Shown piece by piece: positions 46,835-57,476 of a stretch of DNA of 64,000 nucleotides. Source of the stretch: Ekhidna sp. (GTDB lineage: Bacteria; Bacteroidota; Bacteroidia; Cytophagales; Cyclobacteriaceae). Position 1 is the first letter of the stretch; every line of letters starts with the position of its first letter. A model generated the notes under the pieces. That model did no database searches. It worked only from the letters and a program-made list of their open reading frames with translations, and was not told the origin of the DNA. Where the stretch lies: the NCBI RefSeq assembly GCF_965212185.1, contig NZ_OZ243102.1, positions 2,741,171-2,805,170 on the forward strand, read 5' to 3'. A program made the translations under genes and the position numbers.

Positions 46835-48478
46835 TTATTTGGCTGAATTGATCGAAGAAGGGCTTATACCAAACTCTTTTTTAAAGCTTTTCGCAAAATA
46901 AGATGGGTTATTAAAGCCTGTCATGTAGGCAACTTCGGAGATGCTTTGGCCGCTGCTTTGCAGTAGTTCTTTTGCTTGATGAAGGCGTACGCTTGAAATT
47001 AACTGAATAGGCGATTTATTCGTAATGGCTTTAAGTTTACGTTGCAACTGTCGCTCACTAATTCCTACCTCCTTGCATAGCATATCAACACTGAAGTGTT
47101 CCTTATTATAGTTTTTTTCAATGATTTTGATGATACTTTCTAAAAATGCATCATCTCTAAGAATCGGGGTTTGAATGTCATTAGGATCTGATACTAAATA
47201 CAACGTAGATTTTTCCATCATTCCCGGAATGGATAGATACCCATATTCAGAAAAAGAAACATCTGCTCCTGAAAGTAAATATCTCACGGCTTGGGAGACG
47301 AGAATCTGATTAAATTGAGACTCGTTGAGGAGCGCATCAACAAACTCCTTATTGCTTACATTCACCAAATTGTTTCCACTGATAGCGCCCTCTTTCATAT
47401 CAATTACGATAGCTATTTCAATAGATAAGCTTTTCATAAAATTCACCAAATCCATTCCACAATTGACTGCTTTACTGGGGCCGTCAAAGGTTGAAATAAA
47501 TGACAATCCATCAAATTGAGTATTCTTGCCCTTCCCTTTTTTGATGATCTCTTTAATTAAAACTTTAACATTCGAACCTTCATCAGTTTCGCCCTTAAGT
47601 TTACCAGCAACGATTGTAAAAAGCCTTTCATCATGTGACTTCTCCGGCTCTATTTCATACAAAAAATCCTTAATTTCCTTCAGCACATTCTTTGTATTCC
47701 CTACCCAAAAAAGATGATCCTGTCCTTCCAATTCGATAAATTTTGAGTTTCTTATTCGATCAGCGATAAATCTCCCTTCTTCAACTTTTACATCTATGTC
47801 GTGTGTTCTTTGCATGATCAATGCAGGTACTTTTATTGACCCAAGAATATCTATGATATCAACCTGAGTATTCATTTTCGTCAGAACCATTGCTGCACTA
47901 GGACTTGCTCCAGATCTAAAGTAATTAGACAACCAGTCCATAAATTTTTTGTCATCTGCTTTAGATGGGGCCAAAGATTCCAAATCCATATCTCCACTAC
48001 CCCAACTGTTTTCGATCATATCATATACAACCTTTCTTTCCTCATCCGTTGGAGCCCAGGGGTAGTCTTTGCTGTATCTGCGTTTGGCGAAGATCCCAAA
48101 GGAAATCATACCTAGTGTACGATCAGGGTATGTTGCAGCGAATAAAGCAGATGCTGAGCCACCCTCAGAGTGACCAAACAAAATTGCTTTTTCAGAACCA
48201 ACTGCGTCCATGACAGCCCGTATATCATCCATTCGCTCTTCCAGCGTGGAAAACTCAACCAATCGATCAGAAAGCCCGGTTCCTCTCTTATCGAAAAGAA
48301 TCACACGTGCTACTTTCCCAAGTTCTAATAAGAAACTGACAAGTTCTGGACATGCCCACATTAAATCAATGTTAGAAACCCATCCAGGGATATAAACTAA
48401 ATCTTTGGTTCCAGAACCAAAAACCTGATAGGCTATATTGATGCTTCCACTTTTTGTATACTGGGTGATCGGCTTCAT
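46835..48478 (-). CDS. Fusion of an alpha/beta hydrolase and an AraC-family HTH transcriptional regulator.
   Basis: N-terminal alpha/beta hydrolase with GHSEGG nucleophile elbow; C-terminal AraC HTH (ISEVAYMTGFNNPSYFAKSFKKEFG). Confidence 0.75.
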   Translation of the reverse strand: MKPITQYTKSGSINIAYQVFGSGTKDLVYIPGWVSNIDLMWACPELVSFLLELGKVARVILFDKRGTGLSDRLVEFSTLEERMDDIRAVMDAVGSEKAILFGHSEGGSASALFAATYPDRTLGMISFGIFAKRRYSKDYPWAPTDEERKVVYDMIENSWGSGDMDLESLAPSKADDKKFMDWLSNYFRSGASPSAAMVLTKMNTQVDIIDILGSIKVPALIMQRTHDIDVKVEEGRFIADRIRNSKFIELEGQDHLFWVGNTKNVLKEIKDFLYEIEPEKSHDERLFTIVAGKLKGETDEGSNVKVLIKEIIKKGKGKNTQFDGLSFISTFDGPSKAVNCGMDLVNFMKSLSIEIAIVIDMKEGAISGNNLVNVSNKEFVDALLNESQFNQILVSQAVRYLLSGADVSFSEYGYLSIPGMMEKSTLYLVSDPNDIQTPILRDDAFLESIIKIIEKNYNKEHFSVDMLCKEVGISERQLQRKLKAITNKSPIQLISSVRLHQAKELLQSSGQSISEVAYMTGFNNPSYFAKSFKKEFGISPSSINSAK

Positions 48479-48550
48479 GATGATTTGATCAGCTATCTAA
48501 ATCAATTAATAAACATAGCGATCAGAATTGACTCTTCAAGGAATCAGACA

Positions 48551-48595
48551 GAAAAAGATCAGGTGTGTGCATCACTACTACCTGATACTTTTTAG
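48551..48595. terminator. Bidirectional terminator hairpin (ATCAGGT...ACCTGAT) with flanking T/A runs.
   Basis: 7-bp stem seen directly, followed by TTTTT on both readings. Confidence 0.45.
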
Positions 48596-48606
48596 AGTAG
48601 AATCAC

Positions 48607-48993
48607 CTATTTAATTCGATCCAATCGACCCTTTTTCTTAACGATATTTCTATAATCACATTGGATCGTTTTTGACTTTTCAAGCCATCTCTTCAAATCG
48701 TCTTCATCAATTTGGTCAGCTGAAGTGTATCGAATGGAAGCATCTTTAAATTTTCCGGTCCCCACTTTTAAATCTGACTCATCAAAATCAGCCCCACTCC
48801 AGAACATTAATCGAATGCAATCTTTCAGTTTGCTGTAACCCACAATCGGATTACCATCCAAAAACCAAACCGGATGTCTGTGCCATATCCTACTTTCAGC
48901 TTCAGAGAGATGCTTATTGATGGTATTCATCAGAAGGTGACAGATTTGTTGATCTGCTGGAGATTGGGTTTTATTGAATTCACTGATTTCCAC
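48607..48993 (-). CDS. DUF1801 (YdhG-like) domain protein.
   Basis: 128 aa; typical DUF1801 pattern with W/H-rich core (RIWHRHPVWFLDGNPIVGYS). Confidence 0.55.
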   Translation of the reverse strand: MEISEFNKTQSPADQQICHLLMNTINKHLSEAESRIWHRHPVWFLDGNPIVGYSKLKDCIRLMFWSGADFDESDLKVGTGKFKDASIRYTSADQIDEDDLKRWLEKSKTIQCDYRNIVKKKGRLDRIK

Positions 48994-49029
48994 GATTTGA
49001 TTTGCTATTTTAATTTACAATGCTTCAAC

Positions 49030-50211
49030 CTAAAAAGCTTCTCCAATAAAAAAATAGTAACCCAAACCATCCTCAGACACTGCAACATCAAAACGTGTGA
49101 AGATATCCTTGCTACGAAAGATAAGGAATCGCACACCTGTTCCCCCTGTAACCTTGAGTTTACTCATATCAAGTTTTGTTGCCCCGGCACTCACTGTCCC
49201 AACTCCAACAAAAGCAGCAGCACCCCATCGCTTGCTAAATGGAAATGGTAAAAATCGATATTCAGACTGGGCTGCTAACAACGTCTTATCACGATATCTT
49301 CCCAGATAATATCCACGCATTAAGGACTCTCCTCCCATCAAGCTAAGCTGACTAAAAGGTGCATTACCCTGAACCTCAGAAAAATAAATTTGAGATGCTA
49401 GAACCTGAGATTCAGCTAAAGAGTGATAATATCGAGCATCAAAAAAATATGATGTGAACTCGAAATCACTTCCCCAGGCATCATCGTATCTGAGGAATCC
49501 GGTTTCTCCAAAAAATCCTTCGCGAACATTGAGGACATTATGCCGGCTGTCATATACCAAACCCAATCCAAGACCAATATTTCTGAATTTTAGAAGGCCA
49601 GCAGGCATTTCATACGGTTCATTTGACAATGATGTAAGACTTACATTCGATAGTTTATGCAAATCTGACTCAAATCCCAGGTAAAGGTTTTTGTACACCT
49701 TTCTCAAGACACGCTCACGAATGCTTATGCTTCCTGCATCTATTTGTGCTAATTCTTCCCCATCTGTATCTGGGCCGATACCGAAGTAAAGCAATGGAAA
49801 CTGCTGGAGTCTTACCCTTCCCAGCATAATCCATTTACTCTTATCACTGTAAAGTGCATGATCCATCCACAATCCATACTGTTGTTCCAGGGTGATGAAA
49901 CTAAAAGCATTGATCTCACTTAGCCGATTCTTAACATCTCGGTTTGCGTGGTATACATAAATGGCACTAACTCCCAGTTCCCATTTTGTTTCTGGAGCAT
50001 AAGCCAACGTAGGATAGGCAATGAATTTTGGCCTCTCAATGGAAGTGGTATCGTTGAATACTGAATTCCAGACGCGTTTGACTAATCCAGTTTCCTGAGC
50101 ATGTGTTGGAAATAACAACCCTGCAATCAAACTTATGACAGGTAGAATTCTCAAACGTAATGATTGAATGCCCATTCGAAAAAGATAAATACGTTCCAAT
50201 TTTAGCAGCAA
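49030..50211 (-). CDS. Outer-membrane beta-barrel protein (Omp85/bacterial-surface-antigen-like).
   Basis: Signal peptide; amphipathic beta-strands; C-terminal aromatic YYFFIGEAF. Confidence 0.45.
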   Translation of the reverse strand: MLLKLERIYLFRMGIQSLRLRILPVISLIAGLLFPTHAQETGLVKRVWNSVFNDTTSIERPKFIAYPTLAYAPETKWELGVSAIYVYHANRDVKNRLSEINAFSFITLEQQYGLWMDHALYSDKSKWIMLGRVRLQQFPLLYFGIGPDTDGEELAQIDAGSISIRERVLRKVYKNLYLGFESDLHKLSNVSLTSLSNEPYEMPAGLLKFRNIGLGLGLVYDSRHNVLNVREGFFGETGFLRYDDAWGSDFEFTSYFFDARYYHSLAESQVLASQIYFSEVQGNAPFSQLSLMGGESLMRGYYLGRYRDKTLLAAQSEYRFLPFPFSKRWGAAAFVGVGTVSAGATKLDMSKLKVTGGTGVRFLIFRSKDIFTRFDVAVSEDGLGYYFFIGEAF

Positions 50212-50259
50212 ATAATTGACTTGAACTGAAATAGCAACATTTAGTTATATATTTCCATC

Positions 50260-51009
50260 ATGTCCAACTCCGTTTATTACCAACTAGTCGAGTCTGAACT
50301 AGAGCAATGGAAACACACCATGCGCAAAAAACCTTCTTTTTGGAATAAGACTACCAAGAAAGTACAGAAGAAAATCAATAACATCATACCGGAAAAAGTA
50401 CATCGCGCCATCACTAAAGCCATAAAAGAGATCACCAGAGGAGTGATCTCTGGCTCAGGGTTTACTACCAAAAAAAGAATAGAGGTTCCTTCCTTGGAAG
50501 AAATTGAATCCAAAGTAAAAGAACGGATCAACTTCTACTCCTCTTCTGCAGCAGTGGAAGGGGCTGCTACAGGATTTGGTGGCTTCTTATTAAGTCTGGC
50601 AGATTTTCCTTTGTGGTTGACTTTAAAGATGAAGATGTTATTTGAAATTGCCTCTCGTTATGGCTATGACACGAAAGACTACAAAGAACGTGTATATATC
50701 CTGTATATCTTCCAACTCACCTTTTCCAGTCAGCAGCATCGAAACATGATTTTCGAAAAGATGGAAAACTGGACAATCACTAAAGATCAACTACCTGATG
50801 ATATGAATGCCTTCGATTGGCGCACCTTTCAACTTGAATACAGGGATTACATTGATCTTGCCAAACTCTTGCAGTTGATTCCAGGTGTAGGTGCTATTGC
50901 AGGAGCTTTGGTCAATCACAAACTCACCAATAAGCTTGGCAAGACAGCTATGAACGCTTATCGAATGAGACATAATCGATTTAAGGAAGTGAGGTTAATC
51001 AATGAATAA
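50260..51009 (+). CDS. EcsC-family protein.
   Basis: EcsC-like pattern (AAVEGAATGFGG...ALVNHKL), 249 aa. Confidence 0.6.
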   Translation: MSNSVYYQLVESELEQWKHTMRKKPSFWNKTTKKVQKKINNIIPEKVHRAITKAIKEITRGVISGSGFTTKKRIEVPSLEEIESKVKERINFYSSSAAVEGAATGFGGFLLSLADFPLWLTLKMKMLFEIASRYGYDTKDYKERVYILYIFQLTFSSQQHRNMIFEKMENWTITKDQLPDDMNAFDWRTFQLEYRDYIDLAKLLQLIPGVGAIAGALVNHKLTNKLGKTAMNAYRMRHNRFKEVRLINE

Positions 51010-51471
51010 CATGCGCTTAATATTCATTTTTGATGATGTTTTCAATGAAGTAACTCCCAAAATCCACATAATAGCTCCTGTCAAAGAGGGAATTACAACC
51101 ATAACCACCAACAAAATATGAATAAGGTTATTGGAAATCGAATTTTCTATTATCTCAAGGCCAACTACTTGCAGGTATGATTTAATCAGTGTTATTATCC
51201 AATTGGCATAATTTGATACGATGAACATGGCAATCATGATCACCTTGTACGTATGACCGTACTTTGTATACGGAATTATTAGTATCAAGCTTAGTATAAT
51301 TAATGAACCAATAATTCCGTTTAAGTGTGCAGCTAAGCTAGCGCTAAGGTTTCCTTCCATTTTGCCTGTAGCCACTATAGTGACATAAATGCCCGTAAGC
51401 AATCCCAGAAAAAACAGAATTGAAGCTGATTTTATAACAAACCTTTGATAAAATTTATTTTCACTATTCAT
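50995..51471 (-). CDS. Hypothetical membrane protein (4 TM), 158 aa.
   Basis: ORF track; hydrophobic helices. Confidence 0.45.
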   Translation of the reverse strand: MNSENKFYQRFVIKSASILFFLGLLTGIYVTIVATGKMEGNLSASLAAHLNGIIGSLIILSLILIIPYTKYGHTYKVIMIAMFIVSNYANWIITLIKSYLQVVGLEIIENSISNNLIHILLVVMVVIPSLTGAIMWILGVTSLKTSSKMNIKRMLFID

Positions 51472-51536
51472 TAAACTCTAATTGATTACTAATATTTATG
51501 AGAATAAGGCGACAATTTCTATAGGGTATTTTTTGG

Positions 51537-53750
51537 TTAGAAAGAAAAGGATAGGGATGCTTTTATAAACCTCGGGGTGCCTGGCGTGAAATGTATCTCC
51601 TCTATAGGTTCACTTTCATTACTAAGCCTAGACTCTGTGGCGAACTGTGTTTCCTTCCATTCCACATTAAAAACGTTCTGAGCCTGAAGGTTTAATTCAA
51701 GCTTATCCCATACATATCCTAAATTGAGATCTGTTATTTTATAACCTTCTGCGGTAATGGAGCCATCTTCATTTGCTGGGCGATCTCCCAGCCATCTGAG
51801 ATGAATCCCTCCAAAAAGACCCTTATCATCATTAAAACTTACTCCACTCGTTAACGTAAAATTTGGAGCAAGAGGAATCAGGTTTGCGTTTTCTAAATTA
51901 TCTGCCTGTCGTGCGGAGGTGTACGTAATATCAGTATCAAATACAATTGCCTTAATTGGTTGATAACGAAATCCAAGATCTAAGCCCTTTCGCTTTGAGC
52001 GCCCACTTGGTTCTACTATACCCGCATCACCTACATATACAAATTCTTGCTCCAGATATAAATACCAGATTGCTGTATTAATCAGCAGGTTTTCAACCGG
52101 TTTCCATATCGAACCTACATCGAAACCATAAGCGGCAGGTAAAATATTGGAAGTATAACTTTCGGAAACCAAACGACTATCGTTGGTATGAAATCCCTTA
52201 CCAGCCTTTAAAAAAAGCTGCAATAATGACGAGTGATTGTACTCAATACTGATTTTCGGACTAATAATTGAAGCACTTCTATCCGCAGATTGGTACGAAG
52301 TGTCAATTAAATCGATATAAAGAAATTCAAACCAATCAAACCTCAAACCTGGGTTTATTCGCCACTTTCTTATGTCCAGATTTGACTGAAAATATGCAGA
52401 GATACTTGTTTCATTTATATCTCCTAACCGGATTCGTTTCAATATCTCTCTTCTATTTTTAGTACTACTTAATTCATTATTTGAAATAAGGTCATTTCGA
52501 AGCGCTATCCCAAGCTTGAAATCACCATCTAAGGATCCTTGCGTGAAATAATTTTCAAAATCTGCCTTAAAACCAAGTAGCTCTCTTTCTTCTTTCTGCC
52601 TGATTTGATCTCCATTAACTGGATCTAATAGGAAAAAGGTAAAATTGGAGTATAAGTCAAAATCATAGTGGCTGAAATATAGCTGACTGGAAAAGAATCT
52701 GGAATGGCTTAATTGTGATTTATAACTTAAAGAAGCATTGGTTCTACTGGTGAATCCACCCTCTGTATCATCGATTGCTCCAAACCTACCAATCGCGCCA
52801 TTATTAACAGATCGCTCTGGTATTTGACCGGAAGCATTCCATTGACTTTTAAAATGAGATAATAAAATATTCCATTTATTACTTTCACTTTGATGTGAAT
52901 ACTTTCCGAAAATATTTACTCTCAGAAAATTCTGAGGACTCTCAAAAGGACCATCTGTCTGTAGTAATTCAGATGCTATGTAGCTCTTGTTCTTGCTTTC
53001 GCTAACTAGCTTAAACAATCCCAGGAATCGATTGGTATTGAATTGGCCTCTCTCAATTTTGATTTCACTCTCGTTCAAGTATTCTTTGGATTCAAAATTC
53101 ACATAGCCTGCAGTATTAAAGTTACCTTCTGAGCTGTAGTACGGTCCTTTTCCATATCTGATCTGATCGATCGTTTCAGGAATAAGAAAATGTAAATCTG
53201 CATATCCTTGCCCATGGGCATGAGATACCAGATTGACGGGAAGGCCATCAACTGCTATCGCTACATCGGTTCCATGATCAACGTCGAAACCACGAAGAAA
53301 TATTTGCTCTGCCTTTCCACCTCCGGCATGCTGCCCAACGAACAAACCAGGAACTCTGGTCAAAACTTCCTGGGATGAATTCACCGGGTCTAAGGAAATA
53401 TCCACCTGTACAAGGTCATCTAAAACATTTCTCTGAGAACTGATTACTATTTCTTCTAGAGAAGTAATATTGGATTTCAATTGGATTGACAATGTACCAT
53501 CAGTGAATTCGACAATATGCACATATGGCTCAAATCCTATGTGACTGAAAATCAATGAGTCTGCGAGGTTTATTTCTATAAAATGAACCTGTCCTTGTTG
53601 ATCACTATGTGCATGCAATTGCTGAGTTGCATTCAATACATGAGCTCCAATTATTGGTTGGTTCTGCTCATCTATGATTTTTACATTGAATGATTGAGCA
53701 TGCATGCATATACTCAATGAGTAAAGAAGCACAAATACTCCGCCCCTCAT
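51537..53750 (-). CDS. TonB-dependent receptor (N-terminal carboxypeptidase-regulatory-like domain, plug, 22-strand barrel).
   Basis: Signal peptide; plug-region motifs; C-terminal ...LSFSF terminal Phe; 737 aa. Confidence 0.8.
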   Translation of the reverse strand: MRGGVFVLLYSLSICMHAQSFNVKIIDEQNQPIIGAHVLNATQQLHAHSDQQGQVHFIEINLADSLIFSHIGFEPYVHIVEFTDGTLSIQLKSNITSLEEIVISSQRNVLDDLVQVDISLDPVNSSQEVLTRVPGLFVGQHAGGGKAEQIFLRGFDVDHGTDVAIAVDGLPVNLVSHAHGQGYADLHFLIPETIDQIRYGKGPYYSSEGNFNTAGYVNFESKEYLNESEIKIERGQFNTNRFLGLFKLVSESKNKSYIASELLQTDGPFESPQNFLRVNIFGKYSHQSESNKWNILLSHFKSQWNASGQIPERSVNNGAIGRFGAIDDTEGGFTSRTNASLSYKSQLSHSRFFSSQLYFSHYDFDLYSNFTFFLLDPVNGDQIRQKEERELLGFKADFENYFTQGSLDGDFKLGIALRNDLISNNELSSTKNRREILKRIRLGDINETSISAYFQSNLDIRKWRINPGLRFDWFEFLYIDLIDTSYQSADRSASIISPKISIEYNHSSLLQLFLKAGKGFHTNDSRLVSESYTSNILPAAYGFDVGSIWKPVENLLINTAIWYLYLEQEFVYVGDAGIVEPSGRSKRKGLDLGFRYQPIKAIVFDTDITYTSARQADNLENANLIPLAPNFTLTSGVSFNDDKGLFGGIHLRWLGDRPANEDGSITAEGYKITDLNLGYVWDKLELNLQAQNVFNVEWKETQFATESRLSNESEPIEEIHFTPGTPRFIKASLSFSF

Positions 53751-53753
53751 AAA

Positions 53754-55754
53754 TCAATTGTAGTTTATATTAAGCATTGATTCGGATACCTCTATGGATG
53801 CTTTTCCACTACGAAAGAGAGGTATTGAGAATGTGAATTTTGATCCCACACCAATCTGTGATTCAATCTTTAATTCGCCTTTATTTTTTCTGATAAAATC
53901 AAGACATAATTGCATGCCAAGTCCTGTTCCCATTTCCCGATTGGTACCGGGCTTTGTAAAATGTGTGGAAGTATCTAGTAACTTCTTGATGTCTTCATCG
54001 GACATGCCGGTACCTGAATCAATGATTGAAACAAATAAATAATTCTCATCTTTCGAATATTGGACAGCTATAGATCTGCCTTCATAACTAAACTTAATGG
54101 CATTGGCCAGTATATTTCGAACCACAAATTCTGCTATTCGAACATCTCCGAATACGGAAAAATCATTTTTCTGCTTAAATTCAATTGCTATGTTTTTACG
54201 CTCTAAATCCTCTTTGAACAATCGTAAGCATCTATTTATCACCTCGTTGATTTCAAAATAACGGTGATTAACTTTTAAAGTACCCATCTGAGATTTAGCC
54301 CAATTGAGGAGATTATCAATAAGAATTTCCACGTTATTAAGTGATTCTTCTAATCGATCCAATATCTCTCTTTCTTTTTCTCTACTTAATTCAATTGAGT
54401 CATCATTTAAAATTCTTATAAAACTGCTTACTGTACCAATTGGAGATCTTAAATCATGAGAAATGATTGAGAAAAACTTATCCTTAACTAGAGAGGACTG
54501 CTTCAGTTTTTCTTCGGACCTCAGTAGTTTCTTATTAAGCAGTTTTAATTCGTTATTATGATAAGACAACTTCCTATTGGACTTTTCTAAATCCTTTCTG
54601 AACGAAACCTCCTTTAATGAATATTTATAACGAAATCTAATGAGCCAAATACTGGCAAATCCGATAGAAAAAAGTAACCATGCACCGTCTTCAACAAAGC
54701 AGTGGAAATCCAATCGACCATAAATTATTGAAAAAGTCAAATAGGAAAACAACGATATAAGAACGACTATCAGCGAATTTTTCCATTCCCACAAAAGAAA
54801 TATGGCGGAAATAATAAAAACAGCAGAGTAATTGATGTTATAGATGAGGGCATTTTCTAAAGGAACCTGAGATGTCGCAAAAGAAAGGAAAATAACTATT
54901 GGTATAAGGCACATGTATGCCAGCGCACGAGCTGATAATTTACCTACAGCATTTGCATAGTTTGCCATGATAAAGTAAAGAACCAGCCCAACTCTTATTG
55001 CAAATACAGACTTCCAAGTTTCTTCAAAGAAAAGGTAATCTGGAAAGATTGGTATTAATATTACCGCGATCCATACCAATCTTCGATGTAATTTATTTGC
55101 CGTTTTTGATACTTCTGCTATTTCGTCATGAGATGTATTTTCATCATTATTTTTAATTAACACATTAGGTGCATAATCACTTAATCCCGCCTCCTTCCGC
55201 CTTTTCACATCGAGGAGCATCACCGTTGCACAAAAGCACATGAATGTGATTACAAATACAACTTGTAATTCTTCAAACCATTCAATTGGATATCCGATTG
55301 AAAAACCAATTTCCAGTTCATTCAATATGTATAAAATCACAAATTCACTAAATGAAATGATAATCCACATGATGCTGCTTTTATTCATTTCATAATCTGA
55401 AAAAATCAGCAAGAAGAAAGGAGAAATCATGAGCCAGTATATAGCTGGCGAGGTTATACCACCACTAAAGAGAATCTCAACTAAAAATACGATGTTGGCA
55501 TACACAGCTAATAGATTGACTGATTCAATTAATCGCTTTCTAACATACAAATTAGCTGCAATGTGAATCGTACCTAATACTCCGAACAACCCCATGTATG
55601 CCGCGATTTTGAAATCAATCACATAAAAACTAAGGCTGGTTACGAGGAGAACTAACATGGAGAGTATTAGCACCTCAATCAAAACTTTACGCTTGTGCCA
55701 ATCTTCCTGTGCTGGATGGCACATTAGCTTGTAATATCTGTTGATCTTATTCAT
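53754..55754 (-). CDS. Sensor histidine kinase with a large polytopic (>=8 TM) N-terminal sensor region.
   Basis: H-box IISHDLRSPIGTV; G2 box GTGLGMQLC; 3-nt gap to the TonB receptor gene; overlaps the upstream receiver gene. Confidence 0.8.
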   Translation of the reverse strand: MNKINRYYKLMCHPAQEDWHKRKVLIEVLILSMLVLLVTSLSFYVIDFKIAAYMGLFGVLGTIHIAANLYVRKRLIESVNLLAVYANIVFLVEILFSGGITSPAIYWLMISPFFLLIFSDYEMNKSSIMWIIISFSEFVILYILNELEIGFSIGYPIEWFEELQVVFVITFMCFCATVMLLDVKRRKEAGLSDYAPNVLIKNNDENTSHDEIAEVSKTANKLHRRLVWIAVILIPIFPDYLFFEETWKSVFAIRVGLVLYFIMANYANAVGKLSARALAYMCLIPIVIFLSFATSQVPLENALIYNINYSAVFIISAIFLLWEWKNSLIVVLISLFSYLTFSIIYGRLDFHCFVEDGAWLLFSIGFASIWLIRFRYKYSLKEVSFRKDLEKSNRKLSYHNNELKLLNKKLLRSEEKLKQSSLVKDKFFSIISHDLRSPIGTVSSFIRILNDDSIELSREKEREILDRLEESLNNVEILIDNLLNWAKSQMGTLKVNHRYFEINEVINRCLRLFKEDLERKNIAIEFKQKNDFSVFGDVRIAEFVVRNILANAIKFSYEGRSIAVQYSKDENYLFVSIIDSGTGMSDEDIKKLLDTSTHFTKPGTNREMGTGLGMQLCLDFIRKNKGELKIESQIGVGSKFTFSIPLFRSGKASIEVSESMLNINYN

Positions 55755-56139
55755 AGGCCAGTTGATTAAAAATCATCTCTTTAAGTACATTTTTGGTCAG
55801 AGGCTTTGAGTAGACACCTGTCACATTTTTCCTGTTCTTCAAAAAATATTCATCAAGAAGGCATGATGTCACAATAAATATTGAGGGCACTTTCTCCAAT
55901 GTTGGAACCAATCTTTCGAAATGCTCTAAAAATTCAATGCCGTCCATGATCGGCATGTTGATATCAAGTAGGATAATATCAGGCACTATGTTGCCATCCT
56001 CTTGATGGTCTACTAAATACTTCATAGCATCAAAACCATTGTAAAATGATTCTTTTTGGAATCCGCTTACTACCTCATTTAGATAGAGGCCGTACAGTTT
56101 ATGCACTAATTCATCATCATCAATTATGTAAATTTTCAT
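55747..56139 (-). CDS. Single-domain response regulator (CheY-like receiver).
   Basis: DD pair at N-terminus; phospho-acceptor D in ILLDINMP; conserved T (FIVTS) and K (YSKPL). Confidence 0.85.
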   Translation of the reverse strand: MKIYIIDDDELVHKLYGLYLNEVVSGFQKESFYNGFDAMKYLVDHQEDGNIVPDIILLDINMPIMDGIEFLEHFERLVPTLEKVPSIFIVTSCLLDEYFLKNRKNVTGVYSKPLTKNVLKEMIFNQLAYE

Positions 56140-56162
56140 CTTGCTGGGGGTTTATGGTTATT

Positions 56163-57347
56163 TCATGCATTCCATTCAAAATAGAATGTGGTACCCTTCC
56201 CTGGTTTTGAGTCGTACCAAATCTCACCACCTCGTTGTATCAAAATGGTTTTAACAGTATAGAGACCGATTCCACACCCATCAATCTCATTTTCATGTAA
56301 TCTTTCAAATGGGTCAAAAATTCTATCACCAACGTCTGGGGCAATTCCTTCTCCATTATCTTTTACAAAAAAGGTATTCGATGATCCATCAATTACTCCG
56401 ATTTCAATGTGAGCCCTATCACAGTTACAGTACTTGATTGCGTTGGTGATGAGATTCTGAAAGACGATCTCCAGTAATATTCCTTCAGTGTGAAGGACAG
56501 GTAGATCATTAGAAAACGAAAAATTCATTTCCCTGACGTTCAGTCGTTCTATCAGTGATACAAGTAAATTTTTCACAACTACTTTCTCTTTTTTAAGCGA
56601 ATTCAACTTGTTTCTGGCAAAAGCTAACAACCCATCGATCATTTGAGTCATTCGATCAATGAACGACCCCATTTTCTCTTCGTAAACAAGAAAATTCTCA
56701 GGATCATATTTGATTAGCTCATAAAGCGAACGCATGCTCTGCAGGGGGCTTTTGAGGTCGTGAGCGATCATTCGTGCGAACTGAAGCAGTCGAGCATTTA
56801 TTTCTGCAAGCTCTTTATTTTGAGCACTTAAATCTCTTTGATTTCTTTCTAATTCAAATTCAGAGACTACTGAGTTCGCTAATGTCCTTAGTGCATTTTT
56901 TTGTGCTAAGTTCAATTTTTGCGGGACCCTGTCTATTACACATAGCGTACCTAATTTGTATCCTTTTGGGCTTACAAGCGGGTATCCGGCATAAAATTTT
57001 ACCTTGTGTTTTTTAACAACATAATTGTCTTTCCACTCTTCATCGAGCGAGGTATCTGGAATTTCATAGATTCCATTACCCTTAATAGTAATTTTGCAAA
57101 ACGAAATGTCTCTCGGGATTTCCTTTTCTTTAATAGATTCATCTCCTTGAATGGACTTGAACCAGTTTCTTTCGGAATCCATGAGTGTGATAAGAGACAC
57201 CTCAGTTCCGCAAATAAACGATGCAAGTTTTGCAATGTCGTCATACTTATTATCAGGTAAAGAATCTAATAACCCATAGCTATCCAGATCTTTAATTCGA
57301 TTTGATTCTTCATCAATATCGGTCTGTAGAATTGAATGTAGTGTCAT
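56163..57347 (-). CDS. GAF-domain sensor histidine kinase.
   Basis: GAF region, then H-box IAHDLKSPLQSM and HATPase G-boxes (DNGEGI, GCGIGLYTV). Confidence 0.8.
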   Translation of the reverse strand: MTLHSILQTDIDEESNRIKDLDSYGLLDSLPDNKYDDIAKLASFICGTEVSLITLMDSERNWFKSIQGDESIKEKEIPRDISFCKITIKGNGIYEIPDTSLDEEWKDNYVVKKHKVKFYAGYPLVSPKGYKLGTLCVIDRVPQKLNLAQKNALRTLANSVVSEFELERNQRDLSAQNKELAEINARLLQFARMIAHDLKSPLQSMRSLYELIKYDPENFLVYEEKMGSFIDRMTQMIDGLLAFARNKLNSLKKEKVVVKNLLVSLIERLNVREMNFSFSNDLPVLHTEGILLEIVFQNLITNAIKYCNCDRAHIEIGVIDGSSNTFFVKDNGEGIAPDVGDRIFDPFERLHENEIDGCGIGLYTVKTILIQRGGEIWYDSKPGKGTTFYFEWNA

Positions 57348-57476
57348 AATCTCAAGGTTGAGACTAATGACGCATTAAACTCCATGCCAATGATTATAAG
57401 TATATGATTTTCAGATGATTAACTGAATCTTAGAATTAATTTTTAATCCTAAATTTCAGCAATTGATGAAATTTAA

